Notes: generated by a model from the sequence alone, not told the origin. A stretch of 64,000 bases of DNA from Abditibacterium sp. (GCA_965246885.1 OZ251992.1:2400001-2464000); one strand, 5' to 3'; counted from the stretch's first letter, positions 29,816 through 39,493 are shown. Program-made: numbers and translations.

Positions 29816-30181
29816 ATGGCAAGAGTGAAACGCGGCGTCGCCGCCCACAAACGACACAAGAAAATCCGCGATTTGGCCAAGGGTTACTATGGCGCCAAGC
29901 ATCGCTGGTTCCGCACGGCCAACGAAGCCGTCATGCACGCCGGACAATACGCCTACCGCGACCGCCGCGTTTTCAAACGCGAAATGCGCCGCCTCTGGAT
30001 CGTCCGCATCAACGCCGCCGCAAGGCAAAACGGCCTCTCCTATTCCGTTCTCATCAACGGCCTCCTCAAAGCGGGCATCAAGATGGATCGCAAGATGCTG
30101 AGCGAAATCGCCATCATTGACCCGGCAGCCTTCACCTCCATCGTGAACCAAGCCAAAACCGCCCTGTCTGCCCGCGCGTAA
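29816..30181 (+). CDS. rplT: 50S ribosomal protein L20
   Basis: [33 protein letters not shown]. Confidence 0.98.
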   Translation: MARVKRGVAAHKRHKKIRDLAKGYYGAKHRWFRTANEAVMHAGQYAYRDRRVFKREMRRLWIVRINAAARQNGLSYSVLINGLLKAGIKMDRKMLSEIAIIDPAAFTSIVNQAKTALSARA

Positions 30182-30194
30182 GACGACAACCGAG

Positions 30195-30226
30195 AGCGCC
30201 GATTAGACTGAAGTCTAAGCGGCGCT
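30195..30226. repeat. 32-bp palindrome, copy 1 (also likely rplT terminator)
   Basis: AGCGCCGATTAGACTGAAGTCTAAGCGGCGCT followed by TTT. Confidence 0.7.
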
Positions 30227-30244
30227 TTTCGTTGCTTGGAGCCT

Positions 30245-30730
30245 ATGAAGCGCGCACTCGCCCTCATCGGGATTTTACTCGCAGGACTTTGGGCATGGAA
30301 CGCCTACGAACACAACTGGCGCGCTCAGTTGCAGGCTTCGCCCACGCTCACACTTTATTCTATTGACCCCCACCGGGAACATGCCGCGCCCACCGACGCC
30401 AAAATTGACCGCTTCCGCGTGCTGGGCCAAACCACACTTCGCGGCGCCGAGTTGCAAACCGCCGTTGATGCCGCAGAGTCCGCGTCGAATGGTGGCGCTA
30501 ACAACGCCTCCTCCTGCATCTTCGCGCCGCGCGTGGCGTTGGAAAGCGAGGACAAGAAGACGCGCTTGCTGCTCTGTTTCACCTGCGGCGAAGCCAAAAG
30601 CGAAGTGCTGGGCGTCGGGCGCTATTTCAACATCTACGGTCGCAAAGATGCCCAAGGCAAAGCCGCAGAAGGGCAACTCAACGCCCTGCTCCGCCGCGCC
30701 CACGTTCCAATCGCGCCGATTCAGTGGTAG
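30245..30730 (+). CDS. Hypothetical exported protein
   Basis: N-terminal hydrophobic segment; SCIFAPR..LLLCFTCGE; GGAG SD. Confidence 0.7.
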   Translation: MKRALALIGILLAGLWAWNAYEHNWRAQLQASPTLTLYSIDPHREHAAPTDAKIDRFRVLGQTTLRGAELQTAVDAAESASNGGANNASSCIFAPRVALESEDKKTRLLLCFTCGEAKSEVLGVGRYFNIYGRKDAQGKAAEGQLNALLRRAHVPIAPIQW

Positions 30731-30731
30731 T

Positions 30732-30763
30732 AGCGCCGCTTAAACTTCAGTTTAAGCGGCGCT
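30732..30763. repeat. 32-bp palindrome, copy 2 (inverted relative to copy 1)
   Basis: AGCGCCGCTTAAACTTCAGTTTAAGCGGCGCT. Confidence 0.7.
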
Positions 30764-31030
30764 CCCGTCGTCTGCGGGCGGCAGCTTCTTGCCTTCCTTG
30801 CGCTCATCCAACTGGCGCTGCAACATCTCTAAGCGCAAGCGCATCTCCAATTTCTCTCGCTCGTGTTGCTCGTTCTCCGTTCGGCGCTCCATCTCGAAGA
30901 TGACGCGCTGCACTACAGCGGATAGGTCGCTCAGTTCACGCTCGAACTTCTCGTCGTTTTCGCGCGAGCGACGCGCTTCGTCGGCAATGTTATTGACGAA
31001 GCGAATCCACGAAAAGAGGTTTCCCCACAT
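30752..31030 (-). CDS. Small hypothetical coiled-coil protein
   Basis: 92 aa, charged helical; TGATG coupling to upstream ORF. Confidence 0.7.
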   Translation of the reverse strand: MWGNLFSWIRFVNNIADEARRSRENDEKFERELSDLSAVVQRVIFEMERRTENEQHEREKLEMRLRLEMLQRQLDERKEGKKLPPADDGSAA

Positions 31031-31224
31031 CAGCGAGCCGCAAGTGCGTCCAGCGCCCGGTTCATCGCTTCTATACGCAGGCGCGTTTGCCCCGACAGTT
31101 CGTCAATGCGGGCTTGCGAGCGGCTCATCTCTTCCAGAATCGTTTCCATCCGCACGCTCATGCGCTCTATTTCGCGCTCGTAATCGGCGTCGGTCATTGG
31201 GTCTGTGATGGGCAAAGATTTCAT
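31030..31224 (-). CDS. Small hypothetical coiled-coil protein
   Basis: 64 aa; GAGGAG SD. Confidence 0.7.
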   Translation of the reverse strand: MKSLPITDPMTDADYEREIERMSVRMETILEEMSRSQARIDELSGQTRLRIEAMNRALDALAAR

Positions 31225-31239
31225 AGGTTTCTCCTCGGC

Positions 31240-31518
31240 TCAGTTCAGCCCGCGCCACTCCTCGCCGTGCCCGTCGTCTTCGAGTTCGAGCAGGCGGCGC
31301 AGTTGCTCTTGGCGCAGGTCGGACTCGGCGCGCACGACTAACACCTCGGTGTTGGCGACCTCGATGTCAGCGCGCATCTCGTCCAAGCGCGCCTCGATTT
31401 CCTTCTGCCCCGCAATGGCCGTCTCGACGCGGTGCCGCAAAAACAGGAAGCCCACGAGGACGCCCGCACCGAACGAGACGGCCATTCCCAAAAACCAGAA
31501 TACGTTGCGGATTATCAT
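31240..31518 (-). CDS. Small hypothetical protein with N-terminal TM and coiled coil
   Basis: 92 aa; GGAGG SD; ATGA overlap with VOC gene. Confidence 0.65.
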   Translation of the reverse strand: MIIRNVFWFLGMAVSFGAGVLVGFLFLRHRVETAIAGQKEIEARLDEMRADIEVANTEVLVVRAESDLRQEQLRRLLELEDDGHGEEWRGLN

Positions 31519-31847
31519 CGTTCCTCCAGTCTGACAGTTCGCCCGTCCGGGTCAAGGAGAGAGCAAACGCGCGTCTTTCCAATCTTAATCTCAACTTCCG
31601 CCCGCAACGACTCCAATACCGCCTCCAAAGATGGAACGCGAAAGCCGAGCATGACCGAATCAGTCACTTCGGTTTGCCCCGCTTTCAACGGGTACACCTC
31701 CAATACCCACCCGTCTTGCTCGCACGCGAAGTGAGGCGGCCCGCCGCCGTGTTGCTCCGGCGAGAATTTGAGGCCGAGCGTTTCGTAAAACGCGACAGTC
31801 GCTTCGATGTCGCGGGCGCGCAAGACGAGAAAGGAAAGAGTCGCCAT
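31515..31847 (-). CDS. VOC/glyoxalase-like protein
   Basis: LVLRARDIEATVAFYETLGL..EQHGGGPPHFA..LLDPDGRTVRL. Confidence 0.85.
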   Translation of the reverse strand: MATLSFLVLRARDIEATVAFYETLGLKFSPEQHGGGPPHFACEQDGWVLEVYPLKAGQTEVTDSVMLGFRVPSLEAVLESLRAEVEIKIGKTRVCSLLDPDGRTVRLEER

Positions 31848-32007
31848 AAGGTGACGAGGCTTTCCACAGTTAAGCAGCCTTGGAGGGCGGCGATTCTAAC
31901 TTGTCTTCTCGCCGCAACACTATCCCCAAAACATCTGCGTCATTCGGCGTGCATCTGCGGTCAAAATCCTCTGGGCCTCTTTGGGATGTCCTCCGTGCCC
32001 TCTGTGG

Positions 32008-34473
32008 CTAATCGCCAAGTTGCACCACCGTCGCGCCTTCGCCGCCTTCGTTCAGGGGGGCGAGTTCAAAGTTCGCTACGCCGCGTGCGCCACGTAGGAA
32101 CTTGTGGACGGCGTTCTTGAGGACGCCTGCGCCGCGCCCGTGAACGACGCGGAACTCCTTTTTGTCGGCGAGCAGGGCGTCGTCCAAGAAGGTGGATAGC
32201 TCGTCCAAGGCGTCTTCGGCATTGAGGCCGATGAGGTTGATCTCGCTGCCGGTGTTCAGCGTCTTGCGGGATTGCACGCCCGCCGTCGAGACGGCGCCCG
32301 CCACGCGCGGGGCGGCGACTTCGTTTGGCTTGAGCGCCAAGCGCATCGCGCCGACGCGGACTTCCACCTTGCCGTCATCGAGCGACACGACTTCTCCCTC
32401 GCGGTCGAGGCTTTTGACGCGCACTATCTGCCCGACTTTGGGCGCGAAAGCATCGGGCGCCTCGCCGAACTTCGGCTGGGCTTTGGCAGGGATGGGCAGT
32501 TGCACGCGCGTTTGAATCGGTTGCTCGCCCTCGCCAAACGCCCGCACCCGTTCGCGCAGAGTTTTCAATCTCCCCCGCGCGTCCTCGGTCGTTTTGTTCT
32601 CGCCCGCGCCGCCCGACTCGCGCGCCCCGCGCCGCAGTTCGCGCAAGGCTTCGTCGGCTTCACGCTGGGCTGTTTCGACCAGTTCGCGCGCTTGGGCTTT
32701 GGCACGCGCTATCTCTTTCTGCGCTTCGAGTTGGACGCGCGCCAGCTTGCCCTCGTATTCGCGGCGCAGGCGTTCGGCGGTCGCTAACTCGCGCTCGGCT
32801 TCCCCTATCTGCCCTTGCAACTCGCGCTGCGTTTGCTCCAAGCGCTGCGCAATGGCTTCCTGCTCCACTCTGTCCGTGCCCAGATAGCGCCTCGCGCGGC
32901 CAATCAAGTCCCCCGGCATCCCCAAGCGCGCGGCAATATCGAGGGCGTTGCTCGCGCCGGGAACGCCGATGCGCAAACGGTACGTCGGGCCGAGCGTCTT
33001 GGGGTCGAACTCGACGCTCGCGTTCTCGAACTTCTGCGAAGACAGCGCAAACTGCTTTAGCTCGCCGTAGTGCGTTGTCGCCACGACTCTGGCGCCGCGC
33101 CTCTGAAGGGAGCGCAGCACGGCCTTGGCGAGGGCGGCGCCCTCGTCGGGGTCGGTGCCCGCGCCAATTTCGTCGAAGAGCACCAAATCGCCTTCCTCGA
33201 CGCGCTTCAGGATGCCGACGATGTTCTTCAGGTGCCCGGAAAACGTCGAAAGCGACTGCTCGATAGACTGCTCGTCGCCGATATCCACATGAATCCCCTT
33301 GGGAAGATGCAGCCAAGACCCTTCGTCCACAGGCAAATGCAGGCCGCACCCCGCCATTCCCGTCAGCAACCCCAGCGTCTTGAGGACGATTGTCTTACCA
33401 CCGGTATTGGGGCCAGTCAGCATCATCACGTCGAAGTCACCGCGTTCGGTGACTGCCGATTCGTCTCCCAAGCGGATGTCATTGGGCACGCAGCCCTCCA
33501 CAAGCGGATGCCGCGCGCGCTTCAAATCCCAGCCGGTCACATCATCGCGGAGCCTCGGCTCGATGCCGTTCGTCCGCAACGAGAGTTGCGCTTTAGCGAA
33601 GGTGAAATCTAACTCCCCCGCCGCCTCCTGAGTGCGGAGCAGTTCATCCGCCGCCCCGCCAACAAGGGCCGATAGGCCACGCAACACATCCAGCACCGCC
33701 TCGCGCTCTTCGGCCATTAGCTCGCGGATGCGATTGTTCAGTTCGACCACTTCCTGCGGCTCGACAAAGACGGCATTGCCACTGCCCGAACGGTCGTGGA
33801 TGATGCCCTTCACGCTTCCGCGCGACTCGGATTTCACCGGCAAGCAATAACGCCCATCGCGCATGGTCACGAACGCATCTTGCAAGTGCGGCGTCACGCG
33901 CGGGTCGGACAGCATCGAGCGCAAGCGGCTTTGCACTTGCGCTTGCGTTTGCCGCAAATTGGCGCGCGCGCGGCGCAAATCAAGCGACGCTTCGTCCTTT
34001 ACTTCGCCGTTGTCGTCAACCGATTCAAAGACGGCTTTTTCTATGTCGGGGCGCGGGAACAGCCCATCGGCGAGGTCGAGCAGAAGCGGATACTCGCGCT
34101 TCGCCTCGTCCTCCAAGTCTTCTAAAGCCCGTTTCAAGGCGCGCGCCCCTTCGGCGAAGCGCCCAATTTCCAAGAGGGCGAGCGGCTCCAACGTCGCGCC
34201 GATGCCCGCCGATTTAACGGAGTCCGTCAGGTCGCGCAACCCGCCAAAAGGCGGAAAGCGCACGAAGTCCACGAAGCGCCGCGCTTCGCTCGTTGCCGCC
34301 AAGCGCCGCCGCGCCTCCGTGTTGTTGTTGGCCGCACGCAACGCCTGAACGCGCGCGCGCCCCAAATCGCACGCGCACAGCGCTTCCAAACGCGCCAAAA
34401 CTTTGGGCAGTTCGAGGCGCTCCAGCGGGCGGGGATGATAAAAGTGAGTGGGGTCGGGCTTGTCGTGTGGCAT
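32008..34473 (-). CDS. mutS2: Endonuclease MutS2
   Basis: TGPNTGGKT, DIGDEQSIEQSLSTFSGH, DEIGAGTDPDEG, C-terminal Smr HGRGAGVL. Confidence 0.96.
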   Translation of the reverse strand: MPHDKPDPTHFYHPRPLERLELPKVLARLEALCACDLGRARVQALRAANNNTEARRRLAATSEARRFVDFVRFPPFGGLRDLTDSVKSAGIGATLEPLALLEIGRFAEGARALKRALEDLEDEAKREYPLLLDLADGLFPRPDIEKAVFESVDDNGEVKDEASLDLRRARANLRQTQAQVQSRLRSMLSDPRVTPHLQDAFVTMRDGRYCLPVKSESRGSVKGIIHDRSGSGNAVFVEPQEVVELNNRIRELMAEEREAVLDVLRGLSALVGGAADELLRTQEAAGELDFTFAKAQLSLRTNGIEPRLRDDVTGWDLKRARHPLVEGCVPNDIRLGDESAVTERGDFDVMMLTGPNTGGKTIVLKTLGLLTGMAGCGLHLPVDEGSWLHLPKGIHVDIGDEQSIEQSLSTFSGHLKNIVGILKRVEEGDLVLFDEIGAGTDPDEGAALAKAVLRSLQRRGARVVATTHYGELKQFALSSQKFENASVEFDPKTLGPTYRLRIGVPGASNALDIAARLGMPGDLIGRARRYLGTDRVEQEAIAQRLEQTQRELQGQIGEAERELATAERLRREYEGKLARVQLEAQKEIARAKAQARELVETAQREADEALRELRRGARESGGAGENKTTEDARGRLKTLRERVRAFGEGEQPIQTRVQLPIPAKAQPKFGEAPDAFAPKVGQIVRVKSLDREGEVVSLDDGKVEVRVGAMRLALKPNEVAAPRVAGAVSTAGVQSRKTLNTGSEINLIGLNAEDALDELSTFLDDALLADKKEFRVVHGRGAGVLKNAVHKFLRGARGVANFELAPLNEGGEGATVVQLGD

Positions 34474-34526
34474 GTGGGGAAAGTGTAGGACGCGCGGGAG
34501 AGTTTTCTGTGCCAGCGTTCTAAACT

Positions 34527-35006
34527 TTGGCGGTGCCGCTTTTGATTGTGGGGTTGCTCGCCCTGTATCCTGCGCTGCTGCTTTGTCTCTTCGCTGTCAA
34601 ATGGGAGAACACCAAGCCGTCGCGCCCATCTCCGCCGCGCCCCGTCGAGCCATCCGTTGCGCCGGAGCGCGAGCAGGAGTTACTCGCGCTCGTGTGCCCC
34701 GAAGTCCGCGCCGTTCTGGAAGCGGAGCTAAGAGCGGGCAACCGCATCGTGGGCGGCGCATCGGGCGGCGACTGGCCTTGGCCGGACTCGACTCTTATTT
34801 CGTTGGGGTTCATCTTTCGGGCCGAACCTGCGCCGTTACCACCCGCGCTTCGGTTTGACACCTACGACTTTAAAGTTGGAATGGGCGACTCGGTTGACTG
34901 CGAGGCGCACCGGATTCTTGTGATTGCAGCGATGCCGACATTGGAAGAGCACCTTTCCGAAACAGTTCTCGTCGGCGGCAAACGGCGCGCTCGGTTGAAG
35001 AGTTAA
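34527..35006 (+). CDS. Hypothetical membrane-anchored protein
   Basis: N-terminal TM; plausible composition. Confidence 0.55.
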   Translation: MAVPLLIVGLLALYPALLLCLFAVKWENTKPSRPSPPRPVEPSVAPEREQELLALVCPEVRAVLEAELRAGNRIVGGASGGDWPWPDSTLISLGFIFRAEPAPLPPALRFDTYDFKVGMGDSVDCEAHRILVIAAMPTLEEHLSETVLVGGKRRARLKS

Positions 35007-35025
35007 GCGCCCTGCGCCCTGCATC

Positions 35026-35130
35026 CACAGACATGCGCCGACCGTCCACAGGCGTCTGTCACTGGCCGACACGCATGCGCCGACGACCCACACGCATGCG
35101 CCAATCACCCACAGACGTCTGTAGGTAATT
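35026..35130. repeat. Degenerate 21-bp tandem repeat, 5 units
   Basis: CACAGACATGCGCCGACCGTC / CACAGGCGTCTGTCACTGGCC / GACACGCATGCGCCGACGACC / CACACGCATGCGCCAATCACC / CACAGACGTCTGTAGGTAATT. Confidence 0.8.
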
Positions 35131-35185
35131 CCGGGGAGGAATTTTTCCGGTGCGGGACGCTCGGCGCGACGGGAAAAAGGGCGGC

Positions 35186-35653
35186 TTACCCCTCGCCGAT
35201 GTAAACCTCGCCGCTAACGAGCGCGGCGTGTTGGAGGGCGCTCCACAGGTCGGCTTCGGCTTCGATTTCTTCCAAGAAACGTCCGCGTTCGTCGGGGTAC
35301 TGCGTCAATTCGTCGGCTTCGACGGCCCACTCTCCGGCGTTGGCGAAGGTTTTCAGTTCGGGCGAAAGCGCGAGCAAAAAGTCGCAGTTGACGATGAGGG
35401 CGTAGACGTGGCCCCCGGCTTCGCGGGCGTAGAGAGTGCGCGTGAAGTGGACGTAAAAGCGGTCGCGTTGCGAGGGCGAGATACCGGCCTCGAAGAAAAG
35501 GGAGTCGTCGTCGCACTCGATGGCTTCGCGGGCAAACGCGGCGAAAGCGCGCCAAGTGGGTTCCAACTTGGCATGGTCGCGCGAAGTTCCAAAGCGCGCC
35601 AACACGGAATCGAAGTGAGCGGCAAGCGAAGCGAGGTGAACGGGCGTTTGCAT
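35186..35653 (-). CDS. Hypothetical protein
   Basis: 155-aa globular-looking ORF (MQTPVHL..); the ORF-track upstream extension runs through a repeat. Confidence 0.7.
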   Translation of the reverse strand: MQTPVHLASLAAHFDSVLARFGTSRDHAKLEPTWRAFAAFAREAIECDDDSLFFEAGISPSQRDRFYVHFTRTLYAREAGGHVYALIVNCDFLLALSPELKTFANAGEWAVEADELTQYPDERGRFLEEIEAEADLWSALQHAALVSGEVYIGEG

Positions 35654-35676
35654 GGGGCAGAGGTTACAAAACCTTG

Positions 35677-35800
35677 TGCCCGCGACTGAAGTCGCGGGCA
35701 ACTCAAGGCAAAGTCGGCCTGCGCCGACTGGAAGCGCAAGAAGTGCAGACTCCGTAGGGAGACTTCGCCGTGAGTTGCCCGCGACTGAAGTCGCCGGGGC
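35677..35800. repeat. REP doublet / REPIN-like element
   Basis: Two GCCCGCGACTGAAGTCGC hairpins joined by inverted arms and internal hairpins; second copy at 43878. Confidence 0.8.
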
Positions 35801-35876
35801 GCGAGTTTGGGGCGCCAAGATAGGGATAACACGGGGCTTTCGCCCCTCCTCAGGCGTCAAGGGGCGCCGTTCCGCT

Positions 35877-37256
35877 ATGTCCTTTCTGTCTTCCGTGCGC
35901 CCGACGCTCCTGCTGGCGTTGCCTATCATCGCGGGTCAACTGTCGCAGATGGGCATTGGCATCGTGGATTCGGCGATGGTCGGGCACTTCTCGACGCTCG
36001 CGCTTGCGGCGGCGGCGCTGGCGATTAACGTGGGAAACATCCCGATTGTCTTTGGCTTGGGCGCGTTGTCGGGGCTATCGGTGCGCGTCGCGCAAGCGCA
36101 GGGGGCTAAGGACGATGTGCGCACGCGGGAGATATTGCGGCATGGTATGTGGCTGTCGCTGGGGCTGGGCGTTTTGCTGTCGCTTTTGATGCTGTGCTTG
36201 GTGCCCCTGCTCGACCATCTGGGGCAACCGCCCGCCGTCGTGCGCGAAGCGAAGCCGTTCTTTGCGCTGTTTGCCTTGTCCGTGACACCGGTGGTAGTGG
36301 GCTTTGCGGTGAAGAGTTTCGGCGAAGCGATGCGCACGCCTTGGCCGCCAACGCTACTCTTTCTCGCTTCGATTCCGCTCACCGCGTTCTTTAATTGGGT
36401 GTTCGTGTTTGGGCATTTGGGCGCGCCCGCGCTGGGGCTAATGGGTTCGGGGGTAGCGACGCTCCTCGCGCGCACGCTTACGACGGGCGCGCTGCTCTTG
36501 TGGCTCCATCGCACGGCGCGCTTCCAAAGTGTGCGCCCGACGAAGTGGCGCGGGGCGTTGCAAAAGCAGGAGGTACGCGAGCAGGTGGCGCTCGGCTTGC
36601 CGACGGGGTTGCAAGTGGCCATCGAAATAGGCGCGTTTTCGGCGGGGGCCTTGATTGTCGGGATGTTAGGGCAGGACTCCTTGGCGGCGCATCAAGTCGC
36701 CATCACCTGCGCGGCAACGACGTTTATGCTGCCGCTTGGTCTGGCCATCGCGACGACGGTGCGCATCGGCAACGCCCTCGGCGCGCAGGAACTGGGCGAA
36801 ATCCGCGCCATCGGCTTGAGTTCCGCCGTCATCGGGACGGGCATGATGGTGTGTAGTGGCCTGCTGTTCCTAACGGAAGGGCACCAAATCGCGGGGCTGT
36901 TCTTGCACGACCCGAAGGTAATAGACCTCGCCGCGCGTCTCTTAGTAGTCGCGGCGCTGTTCCAGTTGTTCGACGGGGTGCAGGTGACAATGGCGGGGGC
37001 GCTGCGCGGGTTGTCGGATGCCGTTGTGCCGATGGTCGTGGTCGCGGTGGGGTATTGGGTGCTGGCGCTACCGTTCGGCTGGTTCCTGACGTTCCACATG
37101 GGCATGGGCGCGCGCGGCGTGTGGTTTGGCTTCGCGTTGGGGCTGGGTTTGGTCGCGGTGGCGTTGGCGCGGCGCTTCTTCGGGCGCACACGGGCGGGAG
37201 TTTTGGAGGAAATCGCGCAGAACTTGCCGGGGCAAACGGCGGTGGCGATGCATTAG
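35877..37256 (+). CDS. MATE family efflux transporter
   Basis: LALPIIAGQLSQM..VDSAMVG, AAHQVA, ALFQLFDGVQV..GALRG. Confidence 0.93.
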   Translation: MSFLSSVRPTLLLALPIIAGQLSQMGIGIVDSAMVGHFSTLALAAAALAINVGNIPIVFGLGALSGLSVRVAQAQGAKDDVRTREILRHGMWLSLGLGVLLSLLMLCLVPLLDHLGQPPAVVREAKPFFALFALSVTPVVVGFAVKSFGEAMRTPWPPTLLFLASIPLTAFFNWVFVFGHLGAPALGLMGSGVATLLARTLTTGALLLWLHRTARFQSVRPTKWRGALQKQEVREQVALGLPTGLQVAIEIGAFSAGALIVGMLGQDSLAAHQVAITCAATTFMLPLGLAIATTVRIGNALGAQELGEIRAIGLSSAVIGTGMMVCSGLLFLTEGHQIAGLFLHDPKVIDLAARLLVVAALFQLFDGVQVTMAGALRGLSDAVVPMVVVAVGYWVLALPFGWFLTFHMGMGARGVWFGFALGLGLVAVALARRFFGRTRAGVLEEIAQNLPGQTAVAMH

Positions 37257-37312
37257 TCGCCGTCTTTTGCCAAACTACCCCGCCCGAAAAATTCGGACTA
37301 CTGGAAAAAGAC

Positions 37313-38038
37313 ATGGCCACTATTAATCTCACTGTTAGCCTGCGCGAAACGCGCGGCAAAGAAGCCGCGAAAGTCATGCGCCGCGAAGGGCTTTTGCCCG
37401 CCGTTTTGTATGGACACAATCAGGAGCCGGTCGCGCTCGCCATTAACGCCCGCGAGTTCGGCGACGCCTTGCGTCATCACGGCTCCACCAGCCTCATGGT
37501 GCTCAAAGGACTCAATGATGAAACCGCGCTGATTAAGTCCATCCAGCGCCACCCGTATCGCAACACGCCCCAGACCATTGACTTCATCCGCGTCGCCCGC
37601 AACGAGGAAGTTCACGTCATGGTGCCAGTTATACTCACCGGCGACTCCGTCGCCGTGCGAACGGGCGACGGCGTGTTAGTGCAAGGCCTCCAAGAAGTCG
37701 AAATCGTCGCCACGCCCGACGCCATTCCCGATTCCATCACGGTAGACGTGTCGAGCCTCGAACTCGACGGCGGCGCGCTCCACGTGTCCGACATCCACGC
37801 GCCCGCAGGCGTCACCATCGTGACCGGTGAGGACGAAGCCGTCGCCGCCGTCAACCTGCCCGCCCGCGAGGAAGAGGAAGCCGGTGCCGTCGTCGCCGAG
37901 GGAGAAGCCGAAACTGCCTTCGCCAGCCAACAAGTTCCCGCCGAACATGGCGGCCCGCAAGGGGGCGGCGAGGGACTCAAGCGCGAGGAACACACCGGCA
38001 ACCGCAGTTCCACGCCGGAAACGCCCGCAAGCACATAA
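37313..38038 (+). CDS. rplY: 50S ribosomal protein L25 / Ctc
   Basis: RETRGKEAAKVMRREGLLPAVLYG, IQRHP, IPDSITVDVSSL. Confidence 0.93.
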   Translation: MATINLTVSLRETRGKEAAKVMRREGLLPAVLYGHNQEPVALAINAREFGDALRHHGSTSLMVLKGLNDETALIKSIQRHPYRNTPQTIDFIRVARNEEVHVMVPVILTGDSVAVRTGDGVLVQGLQEVEIVATPDAIPDSITVDVSSLELDGGALHVSDIHAPAGVTIVTGEDEAVAAVNLPAREEEEAGAVVAEGEAETAFASQQVPAEHGGPQGGGEGLKREEHTGNRSSTPETPAST

Positions 38039-38050
38039 AACACAAGAAAG

Positions 38051-38089
38051 AAGCAAAGGGCAAGCGCGACGCGCTTGCCCTTTTGCTTT
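38051..38089 (+). terminator. Terminator after rplY
   Basis: AAGCAAAGGGCAAGCGCG-A-CGCGCTTGCCCTTTTGCTTT. Confidence 0.75.
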
Positions 38090-38384
38090 GGTGACCGCTC
38101 ATTGTCCGCCAGCGCGTAAGGAGGAGAAACCCTCAGATGCAGTGCGCCCAAAAGCCGCGACGGAGCGGGTTTGAGCGTGGCATTGGAAAGCTGTGTGCGG
38201 CAACGGACAGTAAGAAGGGCCACCACATGTAAAAATTTTCTGGCACACGTTGAAGCGAAGCGTCATGCAGAGGCTGATGCGAATAAATACGTTCAAAGTC
38301 AGCGACGTGATTTCTCTTTCGCATCCAAGGCCATGCCAGCCTTCCTGCTTAAAAGTGTTGAAGGTTGCGCAGGAACGCTCTTAT

Positions 38385-39089
38385 ATGGCCCTATCCAATT
38401 CAGAAACCAGTGTGAACCATTTGCTTGCGGGTTTGCCGGAAGCCGAACGCTCGCGCTTGACGCCGCTTTTAAAACCCAGCCTCATCCATTTGGGCGAACC
38501 CCTGTGGGAAACGGGGCAAGCCATCGAAGCCGTCTATTTCCCCAAGCAGGGCGTAATCTCTTTGGTGTTGACCAGCGTCGACGGCGTGGATGTCGAAGTG
38601 GGCATGGTGGGCCGCGAAGGAATCGCGGGCAGCATTGAAACTTTGGGCACGGGCCGCGCGACGACGCGGGCGCAAGTGCAAATGGCCGGAAGCGGCTGGC
38701 GCATGGAAAGCAGCGCCTTTCGCGCCGAGTTCGCGCGCGGCGGCGCGTTTCAAGAAGCCATCCTGCGCTTCCACGCTTCGCTTTCGTTCCAAAGCGCGCA
38801 GTGCGCGTTGTGCAATCGCCTCCACAGCGTCGAGCAACGCTTGGCGCGTTGGCTGCTCATGGCCAGCGACCGCGCCAACGCGCCCGACATGCAACTGACC
38901 CACGAGTTCATCGCCACCATGCTCGGCACGCGGCGCGCGGGCGTCACCGTCGCGGCGGGCGTGCTACGGGAAGTGGGGCTTATCTCCTATCACCGGGGCA
39001 TGATCACCATTCTCGACCGCGCCGGAATGGAGAAAACGGCTTGCGAGTGTTACCAAGCCATCGAGCGGAACTTCAACGGACTCTCCTGA
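38385..39089 (+). CDS. Crp/Fnr family transcriptional regulator
   Basis: NHLLAGLP, VYFP, EVGMVGREG, HSVEQRLARWLL, LTHEFIATMLGTRRAGVT, ACECY. Confidence 0.92.
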   Translation: MALSNSETSVNHLLAGLPEAERSRLTPLLKPSLIHLGEPLWETGQAIEAVYFPKQGVISLVLTSVDGVDVEVGMVGREGIAGSIETLGTGRATTRAQVQMAGSGWRMESSAFRAEFARGGAFQEAILRFHASLSFQSAQCALCNRLHSVEQRLARWLLMASDRANAPDMQLTHEFIATMLGTRRAGVTVAAGVLREVGLISYHRGMITILDRAGMEKTACECYQAIERNFNGLS

Positions 39090-39395
39090 GGGCGTGATGA
39101 CTTCCACGCTCAACGCGAATGGGGGAACGGGGCCGACCGAATCGAAAATCGCCACCCGCACCCGCGCATCCCACCCCCGCGCCTCGGCCATCACGAACTT
39201 GTGCAAGGCCTCGTAGCCATACACCTGACAGGAGCGGTGCGGCGGCAAAATCTCCACGCCCACCCCGCACGCCGAAAAGCGCCACCACGAGCCGGTCTGA
39301 CACGAGAGCAAATGCGCGATGGCGTTTTCAAATCCCAAGCCGCGCGCGTCCCGCCAATCCTGCGCGCCGAAATGCAAAATAACTTCCTGCTGCAT
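38964..39395 (-). CDS. Possible hypothetical protein
   Basis: Fills 39090-39400 but overlaps the crp 3' end by 126 bp. Confidence 0.35.
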   Translation of the reverse strand: MQQEVILHFGAQDWRDARGLGFENAIAHLLSCQTGSWWRFSACGVGVEILPPHRSCQVYGYEALHKFVMAEARGWDARVRVAIFDSVGPVPPFALSVEVITPSGESVEVPLDGLVTLASRFLHSGAVENGDHAPVIGDKPHFP

Positions 39396-39493
39396 AACTT
39401 TAGAATCTGAAATGGCGGGTAGCCTTTCCGTACGATAAAGAACACAGCCGAGGCGGGCGGCGCAAGGGATGACGGCGCCGGGTGGAGCGATAC

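Noticed and set aside
38100..38380. Housekeeping ncRNA (tmRNA, RNase P, 6S)
   Set aside because: No recognisable terminal or core motifs
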